Positions 30,469 through 40,047 of a stretch of DNA of 64,000 nucleotides are shown one piece after another. Position 1 is the stretch's first letter. Each line of letters begins with the position of its first letter. Below the pieces are notes generated by a model. That model was not told the DNA's origin, did no database searches, and saw nothing but the letters and a program-made list of their open reading frames with translations. Location of the stretch: NCBI GenBank assembly GCA_944390285.1, contig CALXPN010000003.1, forward strand, positions 114,285 through 178,284, read 5' to 3'. Source of the stretch: an uncultured Clostridia bacterium (GTDB lineage Bacteria > Bacillota > Clostridia > TANB77 > CAG-508). The position numbers were made by a program, and so were the translations under genes.

Positions 30469-31348
30469 CTTGAGCTATAAGACCATTATCCTGAGTAATT
30501 TCCAAATTCGATATTTGCATTTGTTTATCAATATTTTTTAATTTTGTTAATGTTGGAAATTTGCTTTTTTTCATTTTTTCACCAGTTTTATGTAAAATAG
30601 TCTTAAAATTTACTCCTTGCAAATTATTTTGAACTTTCTCTTCTTTTCTTGTTTTTATAAAATCTCCTATTTTCTTTATTGATTCTATTCCAATTGCAAC
30701 TTTATTCATATCTATATTTTTTGCATAATCCGCTATTTTGGCAAATTTGTGTGGTAAATTACTAAAATCTAGCATTGCATTATAATCTATTCTATTTGTT
30801 GCTATAAGGAAAACCATGCCACCTATTGATAATGAATTTTTTGCTAATTTTTTTAATGATTCTGGTAATACATGATCACCCTCATTACTTTTTTTTGTAT
30901 TTACTTTCCCCATTTTTTCAATTTTTTTTATAATATGATGAAATTTACTATTTTGAAATTTTTCACTATCCTTTATGGGTTTTGCTACCTCTTTAATAAG
31001 TCCATATGATTTTTGAATTACCATTAATCCTTGAATTCCAAGTGTATTTATTGTACCTTTAATAACTTCAAATGGAAAATTTGCCAAAGATTTTAATATT
31101 CTGCTAGTAGGAATATTATTTATATTTTGCTGAACTGTTTCTATAACATCGTTTACACTATTCATATCTAATAAATTATTATAATTTATTACACCAGTTT
31201 TCATGAGTAAACATGTTGCTCCAAATCCAAGTCCAGCCATTGCTATTGGTAATATATAATCTTTTTTCGATTTTTTAGTTTCTTTATCAACTTCTGTAAT
31301 CTTCAAACTTATCACCCAATATCTTAAGTATTTTTTATATTTTATCAT
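30458..31348 (-). CDS. hypothetical membrane-associated protein (296 aa)
   Basis: ORF with a hydrophobic segment near the N-terminus. Confidence 0.4.
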   Translation of the reverse strand: MIKYKKYLRYWVISLKITEVDKETKKSKKDYILPIAMAGLGFGATCLLMKTGVINYNNLLDMNSVNDVIETVQQNINNIPTSRILKSLANFPFEVIKGTINTLGIQGLMVIQKSYGLIKEVAKPIKDSEKFQNSKFHHIIKKIEKMGKVNTKKSNEGDHVLPESLKKLAKNSLSIGGMVFLIATNRIDYNAMLDFSNLPHKFAKIADYAKNIDMNKVAIGIESIKKIGDFIKTRKEEKVQNNLQGVNFKTILHKTGEKMKKSKFPTLTKLKNIDKQMQISNLEITQDNGLIAQDER

Positions 31349-31584
31349 TATAAAAGTTTAGTTTCAATATAGAGTTGTATAAATATTTATTATTTATATA
31401 TTTTTTAGCTTAAATTTACAAGATATATTGAAATATTTGATTATATTCTCAATTGTGTGATATAATGCATGAAACTGTTAATAAAGGAAATTGTAACATT
31501 TATAAAAATAAATTAGTATTTTAAATGTTAAAACAAAAATTCTATTTTATAAAATAATAAAAATTATAAAGAAAGGTATTTAAA

Positions 31585-32184
31585 GTGAATAATAAGTTTG
31601 ATGAAAATGCTGTTGAATCCTGTATAAAAGCACTATTAATAGCAATGGGCGAAGATATAAATAGACCTGGTTTAAAAGAAACTCCCAGACGAGTAACAGG
31701 TTATTGGAAAGAACTTTTAGAAGGTGAAAACTACACTAATAAAGAAATTGCTGAAAAATTTAAAAAAGATTTTATTGTATCTCAAAATAATTTAGTTATA
31801 AAAGAAGTTAAAAATGTATATTCTCATTGTGAGCATCATTTAGCATTAATGTTTAATGGTATTGTTTATGTGGCATATATTCCAATAAAAGTTGAAAATG
31901 GTTATAAAGTTTTAGGATTAAGTAAAATTGATAGAATTGTAGATTTATGCTCTAAAAGATTGCAATTACAAGAAAAATTAGCTTCTGATATAGCTGAATG
32001 TATAGAAATAGCTACAGGCTCTAATCAGGTATATGTGCAAATACTTATGAATCATGGATGTGTTTCCGCACGAGGTCCAAAATCTGAAGGAATAACAGAT
32101 GTAACTTATATAAGTAATGCTTTAAAAAGTAATAGTGAAACTAGACAAGAAATAGAAACTAAGATATCAAATTTGATGAGATAG
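31585..32184 (+). CDS. folE: GTP cyclohydrolase I
   Basis: SHCEHHLALMFNGIVYVAYIP...VLGLSKIDRIV matches the FolE catalytic CEHH block; ~199 aa. Confidence 0.85.
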   Translation: MNNKFDENAVESCIKALLIAMGEDINRPGLKETPRRVTGYWKELLEGENYTNKEIAEKFKKDFIVSQNNLVIKEVKNVYSHCEHHLALMFNGIVYVAYIPIKVENGYKVLGLSKIDRIVDLCSKRLQLQEKLASDIAECIEIATGSNQVYVQILMNHGCVSARGPKSEGITDVTYISNALKSNSETRQEIETKISNLMR

Positions 32185-32478
32185 GTAAGTATAGAATTTA
32201 ATATCATCTATTATGGATTCCACTCGGCTAAAGCGATTTATCAGCCTAGTTTCTATTCTATTTCCATAGAGTCTCGCCTCTGACACAAGTGACTCTATGC
32301 AAACAAAATCATAGCATTTCTTTGTGCAAAATGCTACTCCATCCGGATAAACTATACTCCGAATAGAAATATTTCCTTTTTTATTTTTTATACTTTTGTG
32401 ACATATCTATTTTAAACCTATAAACTAACAAGTTTCAAGGTTTTATTCTACATTTCATTCAGTTTATAATCATACATT

Positions 32479-33318
32479 TTATCTGCTTCTATCTCTTTCT
32501 TTTGGCTCATAGCAATATACTTTAGTTATATCATCACTCAATTCGTCTCTTATATTTTTAACTGTTATTCCTTTAACTTTTTCAAGCTCATTTTCTAAAT
32601 CCTTAGATTTCCTTATAGGTCTTCCATTATATCTCATATGATAAATTTCTGCATTGTCACTAATTGTAAATACTGCCGGTTTTTTAGAATTTGCAATCTC
32701 TTCAACAAATTCTGTTATTTTGCTTCCAACAATAAGATCAGCCCAATCTTGCATATCTCCTGACGTTCTAAAAAAACTGGCTTGTGTAACATATAACTTT
32801 CCATTTCCGTTTTTAGCTTTTCCTGAAAATTCTTTTCTAGCACATGGATCAACACTTACTACTTCATATCCTTTTTCTGCAAGTTTTCTTCCTAGATGAC
32901 TACATCTTCCATCACCAACACATAAAATTCTTTTGTATTTACTTACAGGGTAGTTTTTGATTACTTCTTCATATACTTCATTTGCTGGTGTATTTATAAT
33001 TTCATACCAATCTATAAAATCTATAAATAGTTCTTCTGCTCTATTTTTATCTATCGATTTAGGAAGAATTACTCCAGTATCATGATAAGGATATCCCATT
33101 GTTACATCAAGCTCATTTATATATTTAAAAATAGTATAAACTAATGCTTGCAATTCATCAGGTGATAATCTATCTGGGTTTGTACATGTAACTTCTTTGC
33201 CAAAATTAATTAAACTTTCTCTAAATTTTACGACCTCTTCAATTTTTTTTCTTAAATCTATATCCATTTTTACCTCCAAATTGTATAATATTATATCATA
33301 ATATCTAAGGTTTTTCAA
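32479..33318 (-). CDS. hypothetical protein with Rossmann-like GxGxxG segment (ILCVGDGRCSHLGRKLAEKGYEVVSVD)
   Basis: ORF only; possible SAM/NAD-binding fold. Confidence 0.4.
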   Translation of the reverse strand: MKNLRYYDIILYNLEVKMDIDLRKKIEEVVKFRESLINFGKEVTCTNPDRLSPDELQALVYTIFKYINELDVTMGYPYHDTGVILPKSIDKNRAEELFIDFIDWYEIINTPANEVYEEVIKNYPVSKYKRILCVGDGRCSHLGRKLAEKGYEVVSVDPCARKEFSGKAKNGNGKLYVTQASFFRTSGDMQDWADLIVGSKITEFVEEIANSKKPAVFTISDNAEIYHMRYNGRPIRKSKDLENELEKVKGITVKNIRDELSDDITKVYCYEPKERDRSR

Positions 33319-33531
33319 GTTATGTAAACTCTATGATAACAAATATCAGATTTTAAGGTTTTATACATGTAATTATATATAATTAATTTTGTATGTAAAT
33401 TCATTTTTCCTATTTTCCGACATTAATTTTTTCATACTTTTATCCTGCTCATGTTTTTTTATATATTTGTATACAAAATTTAGTACGTTTTTTCTCCAAT
33501 CTTTTTCAGTATGTATTAAATAAGGAATTAA

Positions 33532-33547
33532 ACCTTCGGGTTATGAG
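33532..33547. repeat. attL core: 16-bp direct repeat accttcgggttatgag identical to 56400..56415
   Basis: Exact 16-mer match to the anticodon-loop/stem segment of the tRNA-fMet gene at the other end of the element. Confidence 0.7.
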
Positions 33548-33604
33548 TAAAGCTCGCAAAGCATTGGTAAATCTAGTTTCGAGCTGTATTTGTTGGTATA
33601 TTTG

Positions 33605-33686
33605 ATGTGCCCAATTTTTTGACTTTGTAAATTTATGTGATTTTGGTTCATTTTTGGACAGTTGTGTGCCCATTTCGAGCCCAATT
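33605..33686. promoter_or_regulatory. candidate integrase arm-type binding sites (GTGCCCAA/T repeats) at the left end of the element
   Basis: tgtgcccaatttttt (33607) and tgtgcccatttcgagcccaatt (33665). The same GC-rich motif recurs at 56281-56332 and is otherwise rare in this AT-rich sequence. Confidence 0.5.
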
Positions 33687-33765
33687 ATTTAGACTGTTAA
33701 AGCTTGTTTGCTACAGTCTAAGTATGCAAAATTTTTGAAGAAAATTTTGTAATTCATTTAGATTT

Positions 33766-34104
33766 ATGGAGGTTTTGATTATGAATAAAAAATGTTTTTG
33801 TTGTTTTAATAATATGAATACAAATAATAAAGATAATGAATTATTAAGTGATTGGTTGGAATTTAGATTTGAAAAATTAGAAACTAATTTAACTGAAAAA
33901 GATAGAAAACATGCTCTTAATTATGATACTTTTGGTGAAAAGATTCTTGATGTTATTCCAGACAAGGATTCTGATTATGTTTCTGATATTCTTGATGATT
34001 TTAGAGAGGAACTTCTAAATCATTGTGTTTATTGGAATGAGAAATATTATACGACTGGAATTAATGATGTTATTAAATTTATTGCTAATGCTTTAAATTC
34101 ATAA
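33766..34104 (+). CDS. hypothetical protein (112 aa)
   Basis: ORF followed by a terminator hairpin. Confidence 0.4.
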   Translation: MEVLIMNKKCFCCFNNMNTNNKDNELLSDWLEFRFEKLETNLTEKDRKHALNYDTFGEKILDVIPDKDSDYVSDILDDFREELLNHCVYWNEKYYTTGINDVIKFIANALNS

Positions 34105-34113
34105 CATATAAAA

Positions 34114-34152
34114 TAAAGTGGGCAATTTGAATTTTCATTGTCCACTTTAAAA
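34114..34152. terminator. hairpin terminator (aaataaagtgggcaa...ttgtccacttt), copy 1 of a duplicated terminator
   Basis: Stem-loop between convergent genes; its 25-nt 5' arm is identical to 36753-36777. Confidence 0.55.
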
Positions 34153-34156
34153 TATT

Positions 34157-36511
34157 TTATGTTTCTTCTATAATCTCATATCCAGCAATCTTATATCCTT
34201 TTATTCTTCTAAAATACATTTTTTCTAAAACTTTCATATTATCCAAATAATCATAAACAATTACTTTACTTTTATCTTCATGTTCTCGGTGAAGTCTTCC
34301 TACATATTGCAAGATTCTTCCTTTCCATGAAACTGGCATAGTCAAAAATAGTGTATCTAATCTACTATCATCAAAACCTTCTCCTATAGAACTACTTGTC
34401 GCCAATATTATTCTTGGTTTATTATTTTTATCAGCTTCATCAATAATGTCTCGAATTTCTTTTGCTTTTTTCTTTCCTATTGCTCCTTTATAAATAACAA
34501 CTGGAATGTTCATACCGTCTAATCCTTCTTTTAATATTTTCAAATGTTCTACCCTTTCTGTTAAAACAATAGGAATTCTACCCTCTAAAACACATCTCTT
34601 TATATCTTGAACTATCATATTATTCCTAAATATATTATGACACATGTCATTTAGGATTTCTGAAATTTGTATTTTGTCTTTTTCTTCAGTAGAAATATAT
34701 TTATAACCTGTACTCTTTACAATTACTACATGTTCCATTTCTTTATTTTGTTTTAATTCGCGATTTGCTACTCTAACTCTTATGTCTCCACATTGCATAT
34801 AAATAATTTTATGCCATCCATCTTTTCTTGTAGGTGTTGCTGTTAACCCATATACATATTTACTTCTTATAGCTTTCAATACTTTTTCAAAACTAAATGC
34901 TGCAACATGATGACATTCATCTATTATAACAAGCCCATAATCCTTAACTATATCATCTAAATTGTCTTTCTTAGCTAACGATTGAAAACTAGCTACATCT
35001 AATTTACCATTTAAATTTTCTTTACTCGCTCCAATTTGTCCTATTTCTTTTTTATTTATATTTAAAAAATAGGATAACCTTTCTTTCCATTGTTCTAATA
35101 AATTATTTCTATTTACTATAATCAAAGTATTTGTTTTTAACTCTGAAATAATTTTAGCTCCTATAACAGTTTTTCCAAAACCTGTAGTAGCACATAATAT
35201 TCCTGTTTCATATTTTAATAACTCATTTTTTACATTTTCCTGTTTTTTATTTAGTTTTCCTATAAATGTATAATCTGTATTAATTCCTTCCTCTCTTGTA
35301 TCTTTTATAATTAATTTGACATTGCTTTTTTCACATACTTCTTTAATTTTATCTATGCATCCTCTAGGTAATTTTAGAAATCTATCATCTTCCTCAAAAC
35401 AGCTTATGATCCTTGGTGTTTTATATATAGGTAGTCTTAATTTTTGTTTTTCATAAAATTCTGGATTAGTAAAACTAGCCAATCTTTTCAAATAAGATAC
35501 TTCGTTTGGTAACAATTTTAATTTTTTAACATAAATCATATTATCAAATATACATTCTACATTATTTACAAATTTAACTTCTCTTAAATTTTCTTTTTTA
35601 GACAATTCATCATCTTCTATCTGATCCACATCAGGCTCTTTATAATCATCTTCCCTATATTTATTAACAAAATTATAAACATCATCACTTTTAATTCTTT
35701 TTATATTTTCCAAAATTTCAAATTGATTTTTTTCTGGCTCAAAATATTTATTTACAAAAACTGTATTTCCACTCTTGCTACTTCCCCCCTGAAAAGGTAA
35801 GGCTATTAGATTGCCAAATCCACCCTTAGGCATTGTATCCTGGTTTGGAAATAACCTATCATATGAGTCCAAATCCAATGATTCTTTCTCCATCGTTTTT
35901 GTTAAAAGAATATTTCCCATTTTTCTAGCAATATTTGCTGGCATGCTTTCTTCAAAAAATATCCATACATGCGCTCCATTTCCAGATCGCGATTTTTCAA
36001 CATATATTGGTATATTTAGTTCATCACATATATTCCAAAATGCTAATACATCTTTCTCATAAGTCTTTTTATCAAAATCTATTGCTAGAAAATTACATAA
36101 ATCTCCCGGTAATAATGGGTAAATTCCGATTGTTATTTTTCCTTGTAAATGTTTTAATATAACATTTTCTGTTAAAGGTTGTAACTCTCTAAAACCACAA
36201 TTATTGCATTTAACTCTTGGTTTATCACATTTATATGTATTAAATTCATTTATACATACTGGTGAATACCCTGATTTTCCTGTTGTACTACTTGTCCACC
36301 TTTTTGCATAAATATCTATCCTCCCTTTAAATATTTCCATAAATATTTTTATTTTTTCTTCAGTTGAAATAGCTTTTGTTTCTTTAATTATTTCTTTTTC
36401 TTCTACTTTTCTGTCTAAATTCCCATACAATTTTTCTTTTAGTTCTTTATTTTCTTTTTCTAATTCTTTTAATCTTTCTATTAATTCTTTTTTTCCTAAT
36501 TTTTCTAACAA
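34157..36511 (-). CDS. archaeo-eukaryotic-primase (PrimPol)-like domain fused to an SF2 DEAD/DEAH helicase (784 aa)
   Basis: N-terminal AEP motifs DFD, SGNGAHVWIFF and ALPF; Cys-rich zinc-ribbon CDKPRVKCNNCG; helicase Walker A TTGFGKTVIGAKII and Walker B IIDECHH; helicase C-terminal block. Confidence 0.7.
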   Translation of the reverse strand: MLEKLGKKELIERLKELEKENKELKEKLYGNLDRKVEEKEIIKETKAISTEEKIKIFMEIFKGRIDIYAKRWTSSTTGKSGYSPVCINEFNTYKCDKPRVKCNNCGFRELQPLTENVILKHLQGKITIGIYPLLPGDLCNFLAIDFDKKTYEKDVLAFWNICDELNIPIYVEKSRSGNGAHVWIFFEESMPANIARKMGNILLTKTMEKESLDLDSYDRLFPNQDTMPKGGFGNLIALPFQGGSSKSGNTVFVNKYFEPEKNQFEILENIKRIKSDDVYNFVNKYREDDYKEPDVDQIEDDELSKKENLREVKFVNNVECIFDNMIYVKKLKLLPNEVSYLKRLASFTNPEFYEKQKLRLPIYKTPRIISCFEEDDRFLKLPRGCIDKIKEVCEKSNVKLIIKDTREEGINTDYTFIGKLNKKQENVKNELLKYETGILCATTGFGKTVIGAKIISELKTNTLIIVNRNNLLEQWKERLSYFLNINKKEIGQIGASKENLNGKLDVASFQSLAKKDNLDDIVKDYGLVIIDECHHVAAFSFEKVLKAIRSKYVYGLTATPTRKDGWHKIIYMQCGDIRVRVANRELKQNKEMEHVVIVKSTGYKYISTEEKDKIQISEILNDMCHNIFRNNMIVQDIKRCVLEGRIPIVLTERVEHLKILKEGLDGMNIPVVIYKGAIGKKKAKEIRDIIDEADKNNKPRIILATSSSIGEGFDDSRLDTLFLTMPVSWKGRILQYVGRLHREHEDKSKVIVYDYLDNMKVLEKMYFRRIKGYKIAGYEIIEET

Positions 36512-36752
36512 AGCTATTCCCTCCTTTTATGTCTATATATTATATACTATTTTCAAGATTTTATCAAATTATGTAAATTTAACTTTTTTGTGATAAAAGA
36601 TATACCCTTTTATTAATGATTTTTAAACATATTTGCTATCAGTTAGATATACCATATTTTTAACTTTATAAATTGTATACTTTGAGTCAGTTGACTATTA
36701 ATTTATAATTCAATTATTTTTGTCAAATTTAATTTCATAAGTTATAAAAATA

Positions 36753-36807
36753 AAGTGGGCAATTTGAATTTTATAATTATTCATTTTGCTCACTTTATTT
36801 ATAAATT
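36753..36807. terminator. hairpin terminator, copy 2 (aaataaagtgggcaa...ttgctcactttattt)
   Basis: Stem-loop downstream of the AlbA_2 gene, sharing 25 nt with 34114-34138. Confidence 0.5.
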
Positions 36808-36850
36808 CTGCAGTGTTCTCTGCAGAGCTCTGCAGAATTCTCTGCAGAAA
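36806..36850. repeat. four CTGCAG hexamer palindromes at 10-12 bp spacing (tctgcag tgt tctctgcaga gc tctgcaga att ctctgcaga)
   Basis: Direct reading; contains PstI/SacI/EcoRI-like sites in a row; lies between the AlbA_2 gene stop and its terminator. Confidence 0.5.
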
Positions 36851-36941
36851 ATTTTTATTTTTTCATTTTATATATATACTTTTTAATTATTGATTCATTA
36901 AGCGACATTTTTTAAAAAAATATCGCTTTTAACCGTCATTT

Positions 36942-38390
36942 TTATTGTTTTTGAAATTTATATTTTGTTCCTTCAGCCTTAATAATAAGATTCAAATCTA
37001 AAAGTAAAGAAATTAAATTAGTCGCCCTTGTATCTTTTATATTTAAAATGTTCTTTATATCCTCCCTAGAAAACATATTATTGTAACCCATTTTTTCAAA
37101 AATATTTCTTATTTGATTTATTGTACTATTTCTAATATTTGTATTTTGTATACTTTTATATAACTGTATAAAAAATAAATCCCTATCTGAAACAATATTT
37201 TTATTTTCATCCGTTTCATTTGTTTTATAATAGCCCTTATTAGGAAATATTACTGTAAATGATAGAGAATCAGAAATAAATTTTGGTTTTTGAATAGAAT
37301 CATTATAGCTCTCCAATATTCTACTTAATCCACTTCCTCTACGATCCATGTAATGTAATCTACTGAAAACATCTGCAATTACAATATTCCTTCTCATAGA
37401 TGGAATATTTTTTATCTCTAGATTTTGAATAAGACTGCCATCAAACATTCCTCCTGGTGAAGTAATTTCTAATCTATCATCAAACATATCTATATGAATT
37501 TCTGCGCCTAAAATCTGATAATCTCTGTGAATTAATGCATTTACTATTGCTTCCCTACGAGCAGTAATAGGATATTCCTCTAGTTCTTGTCTTTCCATTC
37601 CTACAACTTTCCAGGACATTTTAGAATTATTTTTTATAAAAGAATCTGCATTCTCTAATAATGCTATAATACTTCCATTATATTCCTTATCATCAATTGC
37701 ATCTTCTGCTATTATTCCCTTATTTAATCCTTTCCACCTAGTACATACAATTTTAGACTGCTTTAAGGGATTTTGGTCACTTAATAATAGTCCTGCATTT
37801 GTTAGTTCTTTTTCAGTGTTAGCTAATCCCAAAGAAAAAAAATCTTTATTTTCATCAAATTTTTTATTCGTTTTTTCTTTTATAGTCGCTGCTAGCAAAG
37901 TAAAACTTAAATCATTAATTTTATAATCTGTTGGTAATGCATCAAATGTTAAATTTTTTCCTTTTAATATAAGATTATTTAATATATGCTCTGGAGCGGG
38001 TATACTTTGATTTCCAGAACGAATAAAAGCTTCTTTTCTTCCATCTATTACTAAATAATAAGGAGTTGACGGTCCATCTCCTATTTTTAATTCTAAAAAA
38101 TCTTTTCCATTTTCAGTAAAAGAATTTATTTCATATCTAGGTAATGGTAAAATTCTAGCATTTATAATTTCAGTGATTTTTTCAGCTACTTGTTGAACAT
38201 TATCTAATCCTTCTAGTTCATGTGTACTGTCATCCACTCCGAATAAAATGATTCCACCTTTTGAATTAGCAAATGCTGATACTGATTTTAGCCAACTTTT
38301 AGGTCTTTTTTCTTCTAATGCAATTTTATAATCAATATTACTTGTCTCTGCTTTTTCATAATCTTTTATCTTCAAATTATATACCTCCAC
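36942..38390 (-). CDS. AlbA_2 (Schlafen-like divergent AAA) + HATPase_c_4 domain protein (putative ATP-dependent DNA-binding/defence-associated regulator)
   Basis: N-terminal KSWLKSVSAFANSKGGIILFGVDD block typical of the AlbA_2 'putative DNA-binding' domain; C-terminal HRDYQILGAEIHIDMFDDRLEITSPGG is a GHKL-type ATPase-like block. Confidence 0.6.
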   Translation of the reverse strand: MEVYNLKIKDYEKAETSNIDYKIALEEKRPKSWLKSVSAFANSKGGIILFGVDDSTHELEGLDNVQQVAEKITEIINARILPLPRYEINSFTENGKDFLELKIGDGPSTPYYLVIDGRKEAFIRSGNQSIPAPEHILNNLILKGKNLTFDALPTDYKINDLSFTLLAATIKEKTNKKFDENKDFFSLGLANTEKELTNAGLLLSDQNPLKQSKIVCTRWKGLNKGIIAEDAIDDKEYNGSIIALLENADSFIKNNSKMSWKVVGMERQELEEYPITARREAIVNALIHRDYQILGAEIHIDMFDDRLEITSPGGMFDGSLIQNLEIKNIPSMRRNIVIADVFSRLHYMDRRGSGLSRILESYNDSIQKPKFISDSLSFTVIFPNKGYYKTNETDENKNIVSDRDLFFIQLYKSIQNTNIRNSTINQIRNIFEKMGYNNMFSREDIKNILNIKDTRATNLISLLLDLNLIIKAEGTKYKFQKQ

Positions 38391-38499
38391 ATTATAATTT
38401 TAATATTATATTATCACTTTTATACTTTTATTACAACCAATTTTTATAAAAAATGTCGCTTATAAGCGATATTTTTGCATATAAAGCGACATTTTTTCT

Positions 38500-39261
38500 T
38501 TAAAATATACTCTCATATTTCAATGGTACAATATCTTCATAAAGCAAAACAAACTGTGAATTAACTTGTCTATTCTCATGATAATGACCAAAATACCATT
38601 TCTTAAATTCACATTTTTCTGAAACCTCTTGCAAATAATCTGTTAAATAATCCTTTTTATAGAAGCCACCACTAAGTATGGTTTGCACATTTGTAGGGCA
38701 ACAATGAGTTACAATGTAATCTATTTTATAATTTACTTTTTCTAAGTTATTTATTCCATTTTGCATTTCTTCCTCAGTTGGAAGTTCTAAATCCCACCAA
38801 GAATAATCTCTTATTCTAAAAAATGCTCCTCTTTTTCTATATGTATATATTTTTTCTTCTTCATCTAAATTTAGTATGCCATCTTGAATATCATGTGATT
38901 TAGCACCGCCAAATGCGAAAAACTTTTTATTATCTATATCAAATATTTCTCCTCGCATTAAATGTAGTACTGAATCTCTTATTTTATGTACTTTTCCACT
39001 ATGCCATTCTTCTACTGGATATTTATATAATCTTGTAAAATTTTCGTGATTTCCATCTACAAATAATGTGGTAAAGTTTCTTTCATTTAACCAATCTAAC
39101 CAATGTTTTTCATACATACTTTCTACTAAGTAATTCCATATTCCTCCAAAGTCACCACATATAATAACATAATCATTTTTAGTCATTTCATTTTGTATGG
39201 GGAATTTATCAATATCAAATCGTGAAAAATCACTGTGGCAATCACCTGTAATATAAATCAT
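38500..39261 (-). CDS. calcineurin-like metallophosphoesterase (253 aa)
   Basis: GDCHSD...ICGDFGG...VDGNHENF: the metallophosphatase motifs GDxHG/GDxxDRG/GNHE. Confidence 0.7.
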   Translation of the reverse strand: MIYITGDCHSDFSRFDIDKFPIQNEMTKNDYVIICGDFGGIWNYLVESMYEKHWLDWLNERNFTTLFVDGNHENFTRLYKYPVEEWHSGKVHKIRDSVLHLMRGEIFDIDNKKFFAFGGAKSHDIQDGILNLDEEEKIYTYRKRGAFFRIRDYSWWDLELPTEEEMQNGINNLEKVNYKIDYIVTHCCPTNVQTILSGGFYKKDYLTDYLQEVSEKCEFKKWYFGHYHENRQVNSQFVLLYEDIVPLKYESIF

Positions 39262-39288
39262 AATAATTCCTTTCTGTACTAAATTTAT

Positions 39289-39654
39289 TTATATTATACT
39301 ATATACTCTTTTCTTTAAAATTCCAATTAATATCCATATTATTAAGTTAACTATAAAAGATATTGATATAATATAAGTTAAATTTAGTTTATTAAAATTA
39401 TAACATAAAAAACTAATTAAAGCAGTATTAAAAATATAATTTATACAATATAATGTACATCCTAACCAACTTGGATGTTTTTCTTTTTCATAAATACTTG
39501 ATGTTAGAAAAAAAGAAAGCAAATGTAATATGGTTCCTCCAATAATTATATTAAAAATATCTGCATATGCACTTGTTTCGAAATACATTGCATATGGATT
39601 GGATAAGCAAAATTGTCTTATAAATACACTTAGTAAATTAAATACCTTATACAA
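39289..39654 (-). CDS. small 3-4 TM membrane protein (121 aa)
   Basis: Hydrophobic ORF between the phosphoesterase and the Zn-ribbon gene, same strand with short gaps. Confidence 0.45.
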   Translation of the reverse strand: MYKVFNLLSVFIRQFCLSNPYAMYFETSAYADIFNIIIGGTILHLLSFFLTSSIYEKEKHPSWLGCTLYCINYIFNTALISFLCYNFNKLNLTYIISISFIVNLIIWILIGILKKRVYSII

Positions 39655-39699
39655 ATACGACCTCCTTTATAAATTTTTAGGCATCTATGTAAAAGATGC

Positions 39700-40047
39700 C
39701 TATGTTATTCTTCTCTTAAATAATTGCCTAATTCGTTCAAATATACATTTTTTATTATTTTTTTGTTGGTAGTTTTCTAACCATTCAACATTATTATCTG
39801 TTATATAATAATGTGACCTACATGGTATATTAAAGTTTCCTATTGATGGTCTAAGTGTAATAGATTGTCCATCATATTTCATTATCCATCCATATTTTTT
39901 ATCTATTGGTGTTACAGTTTTTTCACCACATCCACATGCACATCTATGCACAATAACATTGCAGCTAAGGCACACATACAATATACCATTCTTTAAGTTT
40001 AAAGGAACTTTATCAACAAATTCAACTTTAAATTTATTAATCTTCAT
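39700..40047 (-). CDS. small Cys-rich zinc-ribbon protein (115 aa) partnered with the E2/E1 fusion; DUF6527-like
   Basis: CLSCNVIVHRCACGCGE...PCRSH; 11-nt overlap with the upstream E2/E1 gene, suggesting translational coupling. Confidence 0.5.
   Translation of the reverse strand: MKINKFKVEFVDKVPLNLKNGILYVCLSCNVIVHRCACGCGEKTVTPIDKKYGWIMKYDGQSITLRPSIGNFNIPCRSHYYITDNNVEWLENYQQKNNKKCIFERIRQLFKRRIT

Noticed and set aside
34114-36807. The 25-nt identical sequence at 34114 and 36753, considered as IS or MITE terminal repeats around the PrimPol-helicase gene
   Set aside because: Each copy is the 5' arm of a stem-loop followed by a U-run on the minus strand, placed exactly at the 3' end of a minus-strand gene. 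They are duplicated intrinsic terminators, which may reflect modular recombination, rather than transposon ends. No transposase is present.
36806-36850. Vector contamination as an explanation of the CTGCAG/GAGCTC/GAATTC string
   Set aside because: Flanking sequence on both sides is continuous AT-rich genomic DNA with matching gene-terminator organisation. No longer vector-like block is present. This is left as a finding to verify, not a rejection of the sequence.
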